NCBI RefSeq assembly: GCF_001194135.2
Contig: NC_068998.1
Location: 2,058,321 to 2,122,320 of the forward strand
Length of the DNA stretch: 64,000 nt
Direction: 5' to 3'
Origin: Octopus bimaculoides
Lineage: Eukaryota
Below, piece by piece: positions 1-12,380 of the stretch. The notes under the pieces were generated by a model. It had not been told where the DNA came from and made no database searches. It was given only the letters and a program-made list of their open reading frames with translations. Within the stretch, counting starts at the first letter, position 1. Each line of letters starts with the position of its first letter. A program made the position numbers and the translations under genes.

Positions 1-257
1 GGACGCCTGTGATGCTGTGAATGACGATTGGTGATTGGTGATTCGTTGGTGATAATTGTGATGGTAATGTTCATTGATGGCATTGGTGGTAATGATGATG
101 ATGTTGGTGCTGGCAATGATGCTGGGGGTTACAGTGGTTAGATTATACCACAATTATCAACATTGTTTTGTCTTTACGGTGGGAATGGGTGACTTTGGTG
201 TTTATGATGATGATGATGATGATGATGACTCTGAAATCTAATGTTTTACTGTTTCAG

Positions 258-366
258 ATATCGAACAAGAATAAAATTATTACATCATTGATTGCGGGTG
301 CCTTGGCCGGGGCATTGGCCAAAACAGCTATTGCTCCCCTCGACAGGACGAAAATCAACTTCCAAA
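258..366 (+). CDS. SLC25A42: SLC25A42 exon ([36 protein letters not shown])
   Basis: tttcag|ATA acceptor, CAAA|gtacgt donor, phase 1 out. Confidence 0.9.
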
Positions 367-1289
367 GTACGTCTTTGAATCCTTTCTTCCTGGCCCTTCC
401 CCTTCTAGTTTGTTTTTATGTTCAACAGTTTGATATTTCAAAATATATTTTGAGAACATAAAAGTTGAAGAGTTAAGGAAGATAGAAACCTGACCATTTT
501 GATGTCCAGTTTTTCTACACTGGCAGGGGCTGGAGGGAGGCATTTGGTGGTGATTGTGTGTGTGTGTGTGTGTGTATATAGTGGGGCAGTGTTTCATGGC
601 CAGGGTCACTTCCTGATGCCTACCTTTTTTAGGTCCTTTTATAACATGCAGTGTTTCTTCCAAATTGTCCTGAGATAGCATCCCTCATGAATGGGCTGCG
701 TTAAAAATACAATAAATATTAGAAAGACAAAAATTTGTGCTACCAGTGGCCAGTGAGAGCCCCAGATGCATTTTGGCCTTTTTAGGCTTTTTTAATGGCA
801 CATACATACAACCAGCCATATACCCGAATGAAAATTTGTTGCCTCTGATATAGGAAAAAGGAATAAAACATTTACTGATGTTGCAAATAGCTGCTCTGCT
901 GAATAAAAATCTGCTATTCACAACTGAGGCATTTTAAAATTAAAATAGCCATCTATGTATCATACTCAATGTATACACACTGTCATACCCAATGATTGGC
1001 ATTACAATATCATCATAAACTGTATACATATTCTTGAGTGACTACTTTGTACGTTATTTTGCAATATATATATATATATATATATATATAGTTTTAGGGA
1101 AAATAACCAATTTTCAAGAACTCATCGATGAAAATCCACTATCACATATAGAAAAATTAATAATTAAAAGCACAATAAATGAGTATAATATAAAGTAAAG
1201 TAAGACTCAATTTAATTTTAATTTTTTATAAATTGATTTTAATTGAGTTTTTTACCTGTAATTTTGGATTTTGTCCCTAATATTATTAT

Positions 1290-1320
<31 letters not shown>

Positions 1321-1718
1321 AATAATAAAATGTAACAAAAGAAAGCGACCTTGATGTTAGAGAAATAGAGGATTGTTTATATATGTTACAATTTAGAACA
1401 AACAGTAAAAGGTTGTCATTATAGTACTCAGAGTTTTGAATGTCAGAGCTATGATACGTTCTTGTTGGCTGTCAATGGCAACAGACGCTATGAAAAAAAA
1501 ACTGTTAAATAGAAGGGAAGTAACTCTAATAGGTGGAAAAAGAAAAAAGATAAAAAATATATGCAACCATATTCTCACAATACATAGACTTAAACCTCCT
1601 GCGTTCACGTCTACATACATACACACATACACACAAACATAATTGTATGAACATACTCATTCATACACACATATCCACACACACACACACACACATGTAG
1701 ATATACATACATACATAC

Positions 1719-1768
<50 letters not shown>

Positions 1769-3040
1769 ATACGCAACCACCTCCTCATATACACATATAT
1801 TTAGACATTTATACGTATAAATATACGTGTATAAATATACGTGTATATATATATGTATATATGATCATTTGCTCCTTTTGATACCAACCTACTCAATACC
1901 AATCACATTGATTTCACACCTCTTTAGCCTTGCCTACATCTCTCCCTTTCTGACTATTTAAATTTCAAAATTTCTTTGTATCAATAGCTGACATCATGTT
2001 TGTGTGTGATAACAAATTCATTTTTATTTCCTTTCAAATAAGAACGTGTGTGTGTGTGTGTGTGTGTACAGGTGTGCAATTGTATTTTTGTTTGCATAAT
2101 AATTGATTCTTATTCCCCAACAGGTAAGAACATAAGGTTCTCTGCCCGAGAAGCTGTCCGTTTCCTCTATTCCTGCTTCAAACATGAAGGTTTCCTGAGT
2201 TTGTGGCGTGGTAACACAGCCACAATGGCTCGGATCATCCCTTACGCTTCCATGCAATATGCTGCCCACGAACAGTACAAACAGCTCCTAAATCGAGACA
2301 AGAGGAAACGGTAAGTAATCACTAAGGTGAAGTTCTAACAGTGGATGATCCCAGCATTCATCTTCGTGGGTTTAGGATTAAGGGCTATTCTCTACAATAA
2401 TTCACCTAGAAACCTACTCCTGTATATAACAACTGTTTTATCGACCAATCAGAAAGACAAATCTTTTGTCAGTCCTAGCTGGGTCTTGAACACACTCGGT
2501 GATAACTTCCAAAGCCTAGTTTGATAAGTGACTTACACACATTGTGTTGTGTTTACATACTGAAAATAAACTTAATAAAAACAAGTTGATCACTGATTGT
2601 GTCAGCAGTTTGTGTTCCATTTCTTGGCTACAAAATACAGCTGTTATCTATGTGTTCCTCTGCCCAACTTATTAATATAATGGTGAATATCTTAAGTTAT
2701 ATTTATCTACTTTCATAATGGGAGACTGTAGAGATAAAAATCTATTTCTTTACACTTTTAGTCTATTCATATCTTGTCCTGAAGTGCAAAGTCAGTCACG
2801 AGTCCTCCACTAATGTCCTTTGTGTTTCACAGTTTATATAAACCCAAATTTACATCTCTGGTTAATGGACTTCATATTGGAGGATTCTGATGAACTTGCT
2901 TTAAAATCTGATCTTTCCACATGGGCCTGCCTAACAGCATATTTTTATTCACAGCTATTAACAGTTCCTTGTTTGTGATGTGTGTTCAATGTATGAGATG
3001 GACAAAAGATACCAACTCACATGCATTTATCTGAAGATTA

Positions 3041-3085
<45 letters not shown>

Positions 3086-5616
3086 GAATTTGATCACATA
3101 TAAAACACTTTTCCTTTTTTTCCCTTTCTTTTTTTCAAAATAAAACCTCAAAAAAAATCACCCCTAATCCTATATGTGAATTTGGACCAATATCATATAC
3201 TTTAATGTATTAAAAACTGTTTTTCCCGACTATGTTCTGTTGAAATTGGAGTGCATCTAATATGGCCATGTGTCTCTTATACCTTCAGATATGGTAGTTT
3301 GTTGTTATTTTTTCAGCCTCGTTAATCTGTCCATACAAATATCTCCTTCTGTACTAAATGAGATTGCAATTAACAACACCCAAGATTAGCTAAACCATTT
3401 GGTGTGGCAGGAAACACACTCACACACACAAACACACGTGCACACACAGTTTCTTATTTAGACACAAGGCCTGCAATTTTTAGTTGATACCATCAACCTC
3501 AGTATGTGACTGGTATTTTAATTTATTGACCCACAAAGGATGAAAGGCAAAGAGCTAGAAGAATGGGAGCAAAGCATTTTCCCCAACATTCTATCAGCAG
3601 CAACAACAACAGAAATAATAATAATAATCCTTCCTACTCTAGGCACCAGACCTGAAATCTTGGGGGAGGGAGTAAGTCGATTACATTGACCCCCAATGCT
3701 CAACTGGTACCTACTTTACTGGCCCAGAAAGGATGGAAGGCAAAGTCGACCCTGGTGGCATTTGAACTCAGAACATGAAGACAGACAAAATACCGCTAAG
3801 CATTTCAGCTGACTTGCTAACGACTCTGCCAGGTTGCAGTATTAACAATAATGATGATGATGATGATGATGATGATTGTGGTAATGAATTTGTATATTGT
3901 ATTTTTCAGACATTTGACTCCTGGTAAACGATTTTTAGCTGGAGCTCTTGCTGGGATGACTGCAGTGGCCTTTACCTACCCCCTGGATATGGTCCGTGCT
4001 CGGATGGCAGTCACAGCGAGAGAAAGGTGAGTGCAAACACTCTTCTATCCTCTTTCTTGTTTCAGTCATTGGACTGGCCATACTGGGGCACCACCTTAAT
4101 ATTTGGTGTGAATGTGTGTGTGTGTGTGTGTGTGTTTGTTTGCATGTTTATGTGATATCTCTATCTATTTCCTCTCTATCTATTTCTATCTCTCTCTCTC
4201 TCTCTGTCTATCTATCTATTTCTGTCTATCTATCTCTCTCTCTCTCTTTTTCTCTCTATCTATTTCTATCTCTATCTATCTACCTCTCTGTCTGTCCGTC
4301 TTCATGTATGTATATGTATTGAATTTTGAATCTTTCATGACTGCAGGTATCACAACTTACCAGAAGTGGTTGTAAAAATTTACCGTGAAGAAGGTTTACG
4401 AACATTATATCGAGGATTTTCACCAACAATGCTGGGTAGCATACCGTATTCTGGGACTGGTTTCTTTACCTATGAGTCACTCAAGAAACTTCATGCTGGT
4501 AAGTTCTTCAACCAACCATTTCTCTGGAGAAATGGCTTTGACAAATTCTTTGATTGCAATATTTCTGGATACAGTTGATGGATTGAAACAAGGAGTCTTG
4601 TGTTGTTTGCATGGATTGTTTTAGGGTTGGAGGTTTGTTGTTGGTGCTGGGGATGTGTTTCGGTAACAGAGGCATGACTTATTTGTGAAGCCTGTGTATT
4701 GATGGGGGTTGGGGTTGGGGTTGGGGGCATGTATCAGTGAATCTTGTATTTTTAATGTGACCCCCAATATTAATCTCATAAAATTCTCATTTTTAGTGAC
4801 TGCTACCATTTCATAGTCAGTAGGGATGGTCACTGGAATGTCTTTGATCATAGGTCTGATATATCAGGGTTGGTATAGTGTTAAATAATTCACAGTTTTG
4901 TTTCAAGGTTTGAAATTGTGACCATGTTAACAATGTCTTTGTTACAATTCCATGAAATAGTTGTGGGATCATGAGAGAAAGAAAGACAGAAAAAAAATTG
5001 TCATTTTGTATAGAGGCTGACATATTTTTTGTGGTGAGCCCTAAAATAGGTTTAATTAAAATTATACCTGTAACAAGGAGAAAAATTACTAGCCTTAAAA
5101 ACTCAGGGTAAGAAATGCAAGGGAGATAATTCCATGATCTAAATTGATTAAAAATTGGCTGCTAGCGAGGTTGTTTACTATGAATGGAGGGAGCCTGATC
5201 TTTGGTTAGTACAGATAACCTTATCAGATCTCATTACCCAAACTAAACATACCTATATATACCAGACTTTAAAATGACTAAGAATATTGAGAAACCTATC
5301 AATTCCACCATATTTGAGAAATGTAGGATTCTAATACAAATTCAAGTTTTAAGTGATGTTCAGTTGCTCTTTAGCTCTAGGTGTGCCTTGTTATTATTTT
5401 TTTTTTTGTGTACTTATGTAAGTATTTTTTTTCGTTTTTTTAAAGATAAGATGTGATGATTTGAAGATTTTCCTGCTATTTATAGCAAGTCAAATACACC
5501 ACTTAAAAATTCGTTTGTTAACTTAGCCTCAATTGTTTCATTTAAAATGGGTTGTGAATGTCAATGTGTACACTCACACACTTTTATAACACACTTTTAT
5601 AACATAAATACACAAA

Positions 5617-5652
<36 letters not shown>

Positions 5653-6730
5653 CGTGTGATACTTAGAAGTGATGTACTTTATCAGAATTTTTTGACTGGG
5701 TCCAGTAAAACAAACCACTCTGAATCTACCCTAGAGGACTGGTGAGTTTTAATGGGTTGGGTCGTGTGTGTGCATACATGTACACACACACAAATGAAGT
5801 TTAAATTTTCTTCTTTTTATACCTGTGCCACACCTAGAATGCAATGTTGTATCTATTGTTGTTGTTTTATTGCAGAGTATGGGCCTGGTGTGGAACCTCA
5901 GCCAATTGAAAGATTATGTTTTGGGGCAATAGCTGGCCTCATCGCCCAGTCTGCATCGTATCCTTTAGATATAATTCGCAGGAGAATGCAAACTGCAGGT
6001 ATGCAATAGTTTCTCTTTTTGTTTATCTTATTGTTGTTCAGCTCCAAATAAGCTTTTCTTGATCAATCCTGATTGATCAAAGACCTTCAGGTAATGATCT
6101 ATCTTTAATTAAAATATGATACCCCTTATATAATGTGTCTACATTACGTTGGGCGTATAGTTTGTGTTCCCTTTTAAGGTGATAGGCTATAATAACAGGG
6201 AGATTTGGCTGTTATTTTTAGCAGGTCAATCACATAGATTGATAGTTATTCCTTTGTTGTTTTATGATCATGTGATAAATAACACAGAAGAGCAGTCAAT
6301 TATTGACCCCTTCTTTCGTTGTATTTTTGCTTCCGGTCATTTCACTTTATTTTGCTTAGTATTGAGCAAGGCATTAATGTCTCAGCTTCGCATTTCCTTT
6401 TTAAAACTCAAAGGCTTCGTGCTTAGAGGGTCAGCCGTGGGGAATATCTGGTACAACCCTTGTCTCGTCCAGACTGAATTGTTCCTCGTCCACCACTACA
6501 CAATCTTCCCCCTTCGTTAGTGTTCATCATTTTGTAGAAACATCAAAAGATTTGATACAAGTTAAACTATAATTATTCTATGTCTGCCAATATTTCCTGA
6601 TATTAGCCATGGAGGTAAAAGTACATTACCCATCATATGACAAGTAACACTCTAGTTTGTAATAATTCTCAGCAAAAGTAACTCTTTTCTGGAAAATGTA
6701 ATTTATGCATTTTATATATTTTTGCATTAA

Positions 6731-6826
<96 letters not shown>

Positions 6827-7362
6827 TTTTTACTAAGTAGATAAAGTTATAGCATGTGATATTTGGATAAAATATCCTTTGGACAGAAAAAGTTGAAGGT
6901 TACCTGTGGTCCGATGGTGGGACATTTATCATGTTTACAGGAGATGTAGGTTCAAGTCCCATTCACAGCTTTCGACTTTTTCTATCTTAAAGGCCTTTTT
7001 AACCTGATATTTACTTGCTATAATTTTACCTTGATCTGCTTTGAGTTCATCTGTTAAAAACAAATTATTGCACGTTCTCTTGTAGTTTCTAAATTTTTAT
7101 GATGTAAGCAATATATATATATATATATATATTTTTTTTTTTTTGTTTGTTTATTGCAGGTGTAACTGGTCGTAGTCATGAATATACTACTATCTTAAAT
7201 ACTGCACGCACTGTGATAAAAGAAGAAGGCTTCCGACGGGGGATGTTTAAGGGACTTAGTATGAACTGGATCAAAGGTCCGATTGCTGTTGGGATTAGTT
7301 TTACTACATTTGACATTTGTCAGAATTGGTTACGGAGAAAGGCAATGTTCCATGATGGATGA
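258..7362 (+). CDS. SLC25A42: Mitochondrial coenzyme A transporter SLC25A42, 5'-partial; join(258-366,2124-2310,3910-4026,4347-4498,5876-5998,7160-7362)
   Basis: Six exons with GT-AG boundaries and matching phases total 891 nt (296 aa + TGA). Three carrier signature motifs ([32 protein letters not shown]), plus [21 protein letters not shown] and [22 protein letters not shown], match what I recall of SLC25A42. The start exon lies upstream of the window. Confidence 0.93.
1094..1280. mobile_element. Small MITE-like element in SLC25A42 intron
   Basis: Imperfect ~26-bp terminal inverted repeats (ttagggaaaataaccaattttcaag / cctgtaattttggattttgtccctaa), AT-rich palindromic core, flanked by TA-rich repeats. 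Confidence 0.5.
2124..2310 (+). CDS. SLC25A42: SLC25A42 exon ([15 protein letters not shown]...LLNRDKRKR)
   Basis: ccccaacag| acceptor, CG|gtaagt donor, phase 1 to 2. Confidence 0.92.
3910..4026 (+). CDS. SLC25A42: SLC25A42 exon ([38 protein letters not shown])
   Basis: atttttcag| acceptor, AG|gtgagt donor, phase 2 to 2. Not captured in frame by the ORF track. Confidence 0.92.
4347..4498 (+). CDS. SLC25A42: SLC25A42 exon ([24 protein letters not shown]...LKKLHA)
   Basis: ctgcag| acceptor, G|gtaagt donor, phase 2 to 1. Confidence 0.92.
5876..5998 (+). CDS. SLC25A42: SLC25A42 exon ([41 protein letters not shown])
   Basis: tttattgcag| acceptor, G|gtatgc donor, phase 1 to 1. Confidence 0.92.
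6836..7040. mobile_element. Inverted-repeat element enclosing a tRNA-like core
   Basis: Degenerate ~65-bp inverted arms (6836-6900 vs 6969-7040). The core 6903-6969 has an A-box-like TGGTCCGATGG, a B-box GGTTCAAGTCCC and an imperfect CTGTG/CACAG acceptor-like stem. Confidence 0.45.
7160..7362 (+). CDS. SLC25A42: SLC25A42 terminal coding exon (GVTGRSHEY...RKAMFHDG*)
   Basis: tttattgcag| acceptor, TGA at 7360-7362. Confidence 0.92.
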
Positions 7363-7679
7363 TTATTAACATTTCTAAAACTTCAAACTGCTTGACCACT
7401 AAATCGGTAGAGTCTCCGAACAGCAGATTAAATTGGGTTATTTTATTTTATTTTAATTTTAATTTTAATTTTTTTTTTTTTTGTAAATCTATTTGTATTA
7501 CCTGTGAAAAACAACAACAATAACAGCAACAACATATTCCATGTAGTCACAGTGTGAAAATATGGAATGAGATGTAACATGGAGTAATCTCAAAGAGGCT
7601 ATCTCCTAATTTGGTGGTTTATGTATTTTGGATTTGGTATCCTACAAACCTACACCCTCTCTTCTCAGAACAGGTATTG

Positions 7680-7685
7680 AATAAA
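7680..7685 (+). terminator. Candidate polyadenylation signal for SLC25A42
   Basis: AATAAA about 320 nt after the stop. Another AATAAA lies near 8805, so the real site is uncertain. Confidence 0.35.
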
Positions 7686-8198
7686 ACAGCTATATAAACA
7701 ATAAATGTGAGCCACCATCCCTCTTCCTCTTCCTCCTCCTCCCTTTCTTCCTCTTGATAACATTTTCAACAATTTTTAATTTATTTTGTATTTCAATTTG
7801 CTTTTAGCTTCATCACGTGACTTCTGTCATCTATTTCTCTCTAATACGGATGTATACATACATGTATGTATAAATACATCTCATGTATGTACACATACAT
7901 GTATGCATGCATGTATACATACATATTTGTGTGTATTTATTGCATATTACGAAATGTATTTGTAACACACACACACACACACACAATCTGCATCCATGTA
8001 TACGATTTTTTATTTTCATTTTGAAGTAGCATCAGTTACAGAGGCATTCAAGAGCTGATGGTTTCTTACATTGTGCAGGAAAATCTCAACTCTTGCATCA
8101 CTTTGTAACTTTTGCTAATTAAAAAATAAAAATAAAAAACATACTCGTGTTATGAGTTCTATTTATCCTGATTGTACAAGCCAGCCTGTGTGTGTGTG

Positions 8199-8254
<56 letters not shown>

Positions 8255-8744
8255 TATATATATATATAGATATATATATATATATAGATATATATATATA
8301 GATATATATATATAGATATATATATATAGATATATATATATAGATATATAGATATATATATATATATAGATATATATATATATATATAGATATATATATA
8401 TAGATATATATATATATGTATATATATGTATATATATATGTGTGTGTATATATATATAGTGTATTTATTGCATAATACATTTTGTATGTCAGTCATGTTG
8501 TATAAGGCAAAGGAGATAATAGATGTATAACTAAATATTGAGTGTACAAAACCTTTAGATATCCACCTGTAATTTTGTTTTACCTGACACAGGACATTAC
8601 CAATCAAGCTCTACCCATGTCTAAAGTATATTGAGCCTTTTGACATTTTTGTATAGCAAATCAAGGTAATACAATACATTGTGTGTGTGTATGTACGTAC
8701 GTACGTACCTACATACCTACCTACATACATACATACATAAATAC

Positions 8745-9273
8745 ATCAGGTCATTAAGAATGAAATGTCCAATTTTGAACTGAAAGTTTATTTTACTTTA
8801 TCTCAATAAAAAGCAATGCAGTTAATCAAAGTATGCACCTAAATTATCAACACAATTTTACCATTTTATCGGTAGCTTATTTATGCCAGCAGTAAAGAAT
8901 TCTGGAGAGCAAGAGTTGATGAAATCGCGAAGGGCTGTTTTTGCATCGTCTTCAGATTTGAAGTTTTTTTCCTTGCAAAAGGTTGTCTAATGCCTAGAAA
9001 ACGTGATAGTCAGTTGGTGCAAGGTCTGGTGAAGATGGTGGATGACAGAGTGCTTCCAAGTTCAGTTCCTCTGAATTATTGGTCTATCCATGGGTTCGCA
9101 AAAATTGATTTACAAGAGAAAACTCACAATATAATCAGACAACATGAATTACATTTCGCAAAGTGCTGTAACTCTTCAATGTCATAAAACAAAGAATTGT
9201 CAGGATAAAACATTAAAGTTAACGACTGTCAAACTTGGTGCATAAGAAAATAGGACATTTTATTCTTAATAAC

Positions 9274-9278
<5 letters not shown>
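8745..9278 (-). mobile_element. Mariner internal-deletion derivative (non-autonomous)
   Basis: 26-bp TIRs, 24/26 identical (atcaggtcattaagaatgaaatgtcc / ggacattttattcttaataacctgat). The minus strand at 8822-9071 encodes a decayed transposase C-terminus: HPPSSPDLAPTDYHVF*ALDNLLQGK, then a frameshift, FKSEDDAKTALRDF...KW*NCVDNLGAYFD*. Confidence 0.88.
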
Positions 9279-9321
<43 letters not shown>

Positions 9322-9807
9322 TGGTGTATTTATTACACAGTTCACTCACACATGTATACACATATTTATTTTTGTGTATATTATATAATACATGATGTAA
9401 GGTAGATGTTATATATTTTCATTACATAAATGTAATGTCAGAGGTGAGTTCTTTGTGAACAGTGTTTGCAATTTGTCTTCAGTTACCGGTTGTACTGATT
9501 TCACTTCAGTTTTCTTCTTCCTTTGTGTTATTTATGCCATCAGAAAAGGCCTGAACACCACAACTCTAATCTCTTCAAGCTTAAAAGTCTTAGCAGAAGA
9601 CCCATATCTACCTGGATGAAGCATTAATAACCTGTTCTTGCGCTTCCTTCCTCGGCGGCAGTCATAGCAAGATTCCTTCGGATATGGTTAGGAGTGCAAA
9701 CCAGGCCTGGAATGGGATGTCATGTGTTTTATTGAGTACGTTAATCATTTGGTTCAGTATTAAATAATTTTTCATGAATTTAAAAAACTTGTTTTTAAAA
9801 TTTATTT

Positions 9808-10198
9808 TATTGTGTTGAGTCAAAAGTTTTGCAATATTTTGGTAACTTATTTGCTTCATTCTTCAAGTTACAACAAAAGCATCCAAGCATCCAACAGTAG
9901 AGGCCGTCATGTGGTCAGTGTCTGAAGCCACTTTTGTGTCAGTTCTTTGATCCCATGCTGATACCATTTCTTATTCTTCAAGGTGAAGAACTCTTTCACT
10001 GAAACTTCTACCTAAAAGTCTTAGAAGTCCTATATCTCCGTGGATGAGGCAACAGTAACCAATTCCTTGGAGATAGTTACAGCAGGGTGCAACCGGAGGG
10101 CCTCTATTCAAAGGAATGCTTGGCTGTTTTTGGTGTCATTTGACAAATAAAGAAAATTAGTTACCAAAATATTGCAAAACCTTTCACTCAACTCAATA
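9808..10198. mobile_element. MITE-like element with ~58-bp inverted ends
   Basis: 9808-9866 is an imperfect reverse complement of 10140-10198, with a shared core gttttgcaatattttggtaact. Confidence 0.5.
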
Positions 10199-11690
10199 TT
10201 GTTTTGTTAATGTAATTTTTGGTTTTTGGAGATATTTTTGAAATAAAAATGGTGAGCTGAGATAATTTAAAGGGGAACACGAATACAAAAGAGAAATCTT
10301 CCTTAAAGGACGAAGTGGAAAATCCATGAGAAGTAGTGGGAGAGGGGGAAGGATTGTAGGAGAGAAAGGGATGTCTGGTGAAAAGGTAGGACAAAGAATA
10401 TCCAGAGAGAATATTCTGGAAAGCTAATGGTTTCCAATAATTTTTCTCTCAGACCATCTTGGCTGGAATCAAATGCGACAGTTTTGAAAATTTAGTTGTT
10501 TGCCCATTTTTGTTGGAGCAAAAAAAGACAGGTACTCTTTTCTTTTTTTTTAATTATTATTGTTAAGTGTTTCATAATGAGGTAAGAGTGGAACCAGTTT
10601 GTCAGCCAAGCAGCCAGGGTGAATGAAACAGTCATGGCTTGTCACATACATTACAGTAACAGCCATACACAGATTTGAACCCTTGGTCAGCTGTACTAGT
10701 GTTAAATGCTTTAAAACAAGTGAGGAGCTCTTTCTTTCTCTCTCTTCACACATCATTCCTACAAGGGCTGGCAATCATGGACCTAACCTTTATGCCAATA
10801 CCTGAAAATTCTTTGATTTTTCTTTGGCTAGATACAATAATGGTTTTCCATTGCCTTCTGTTGTTTTATTTACACTTAACTCTGCTAGTCTCTTGTTCTT
10901 TTGAGCTTACCCATGAGGCATAGGGTGTGTTTAATCCTCACAGAGGGAGACAGGTTCATGTAGCAAAGGACATGTTTAACCTTCATGTAGGGAGACAGGT
11001 TCGTGTGGCATAGGGCATGTTTTACACACATGTGGGCCTGCATTAAACATCAAACATGCCGAGGGACAAGTTCTTTTCTGAATTCTGAATGCCTTAGGTA
11101 CAAGACTGTCTTCTGCTATTTAACTTGTACTGGGACCCTTGAGAGCTATTACCACCCTGGGACCAGAGTAGTGTTGACTAAGGAATAACTCACTGCTTCC
11201 CAAAACTCCTGAACTCCTAAGCTGGAGCGTCATCATCAGATGCAGTTTAAAGTCTTATCCAATGTTGGACAAATGGATTAAATACTTGAATTGCTGTACC
11301 TCATCTCAATATCAACTTCAAACTGCACCAAGATCGGCTTTTATGTTCTATTTCTCTAGTTGTCAATATAAATACCTGTAATATAATGGGGTTGAGTTTA
11401 ATTAAATACCATCTGTTGCTCTTTAGAAAATCTTTGCATATGTTTCATCCAACTGGTTTCTTATCAAAGACAAACAGAACCCTGTTTAAGTTCAGGAATG
11501 GAAAGAAGGAGCTGGGGGACCCTTTTGCTGTAAGAAACAACAAACACGTCTTTGAGATTTAAGGATTCTCCTTAAAAGACATTTAGATTTCCTTTATTAT
11601 TTTCAAACATATATTATTACATTTATTGGTAAACAAAAACCACATTGAGTTAAAGGAGGTCTACAAGGAACCAATCAACGGTTCACTGTG

Positions 11691-11725
<35 letters not shown>

Positions 11726-12089
11726 TGTTTGATATTAGTGTGTATGTGTTGGTGTGTATATTTACACACAGGTATCTAATCTGCTACTTAAAGACTAAAG
11801 TCTAAGTGGGATGTTATTTTAAGGTTAAAAAGTGAGTTTAGATAAATTTAGCAAAACCCACTGAAATATATAAAAATATTATCTTTCAAAGAAGAACATG
11901 AAAAAGGTTGAGGTAATCTCTTGGTGGAGTAAGTTATCGGTTGGGTTTCGACTGGAGAATCTAGGGGGCAGCACTTCATTGATGTCATTGAGAAATCAAT
12001 GAATGTCATACAATCCCATTAGCTTACTCCACACAGTTTTCCTTTCTTATTCACTTTTAATTTTGTTGTTTGCATATTTCCAATGAAAT

Positions 12090-12380
12090 CCATGGCCTTT
12101 GTTTCAATTAATTTTGAAAATAATAATGAATTTAGTAAAATAATTGTCATTTTTAACTTGGTGTTTAGAACATAACAACATGAAACTTTGATGGAAGGTT
12201 TTAATTTTAGATCACTTTAAATCTTTTGTTACCATATTTCTAATAAAACACATGACTTTTCTTTCAATTAATTTTGAGAATAACACTGAATTTAGTAAAA
12301 TAATGTATTTATTACTCTTGCATTTGGAACATAAATTAGCATGAAATTTTATTGAAAGATTTTAATTTAGATCCGTTTAA
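12090..12380. repeat. Diverged tandem pair of an AT-rich dispersed repeat
   Basis: Two ~150-bp units (ttcaatt(t)aattttgaNaataa...gaatttagtaaaataat...aatttagatc). Related reverse-oriented copies at ~37325-37385, 58885-58945 and 59120-59180. Confidence 0.55.

Noticed and set aside
2886-2912. TGATGA...CTGA box C/D-like pair in an SLC25A42 intron
   Set aside because: Only about 25 nt long with no terminal stem, too short for a snoRNA.
10839-10923. Signal-peptide-like stretch MVFHCLLLFYLHLTLLVSCSF
   Set aside because: No usable donor before the stop. Hydrophobicity is explained by T-rich DNA.
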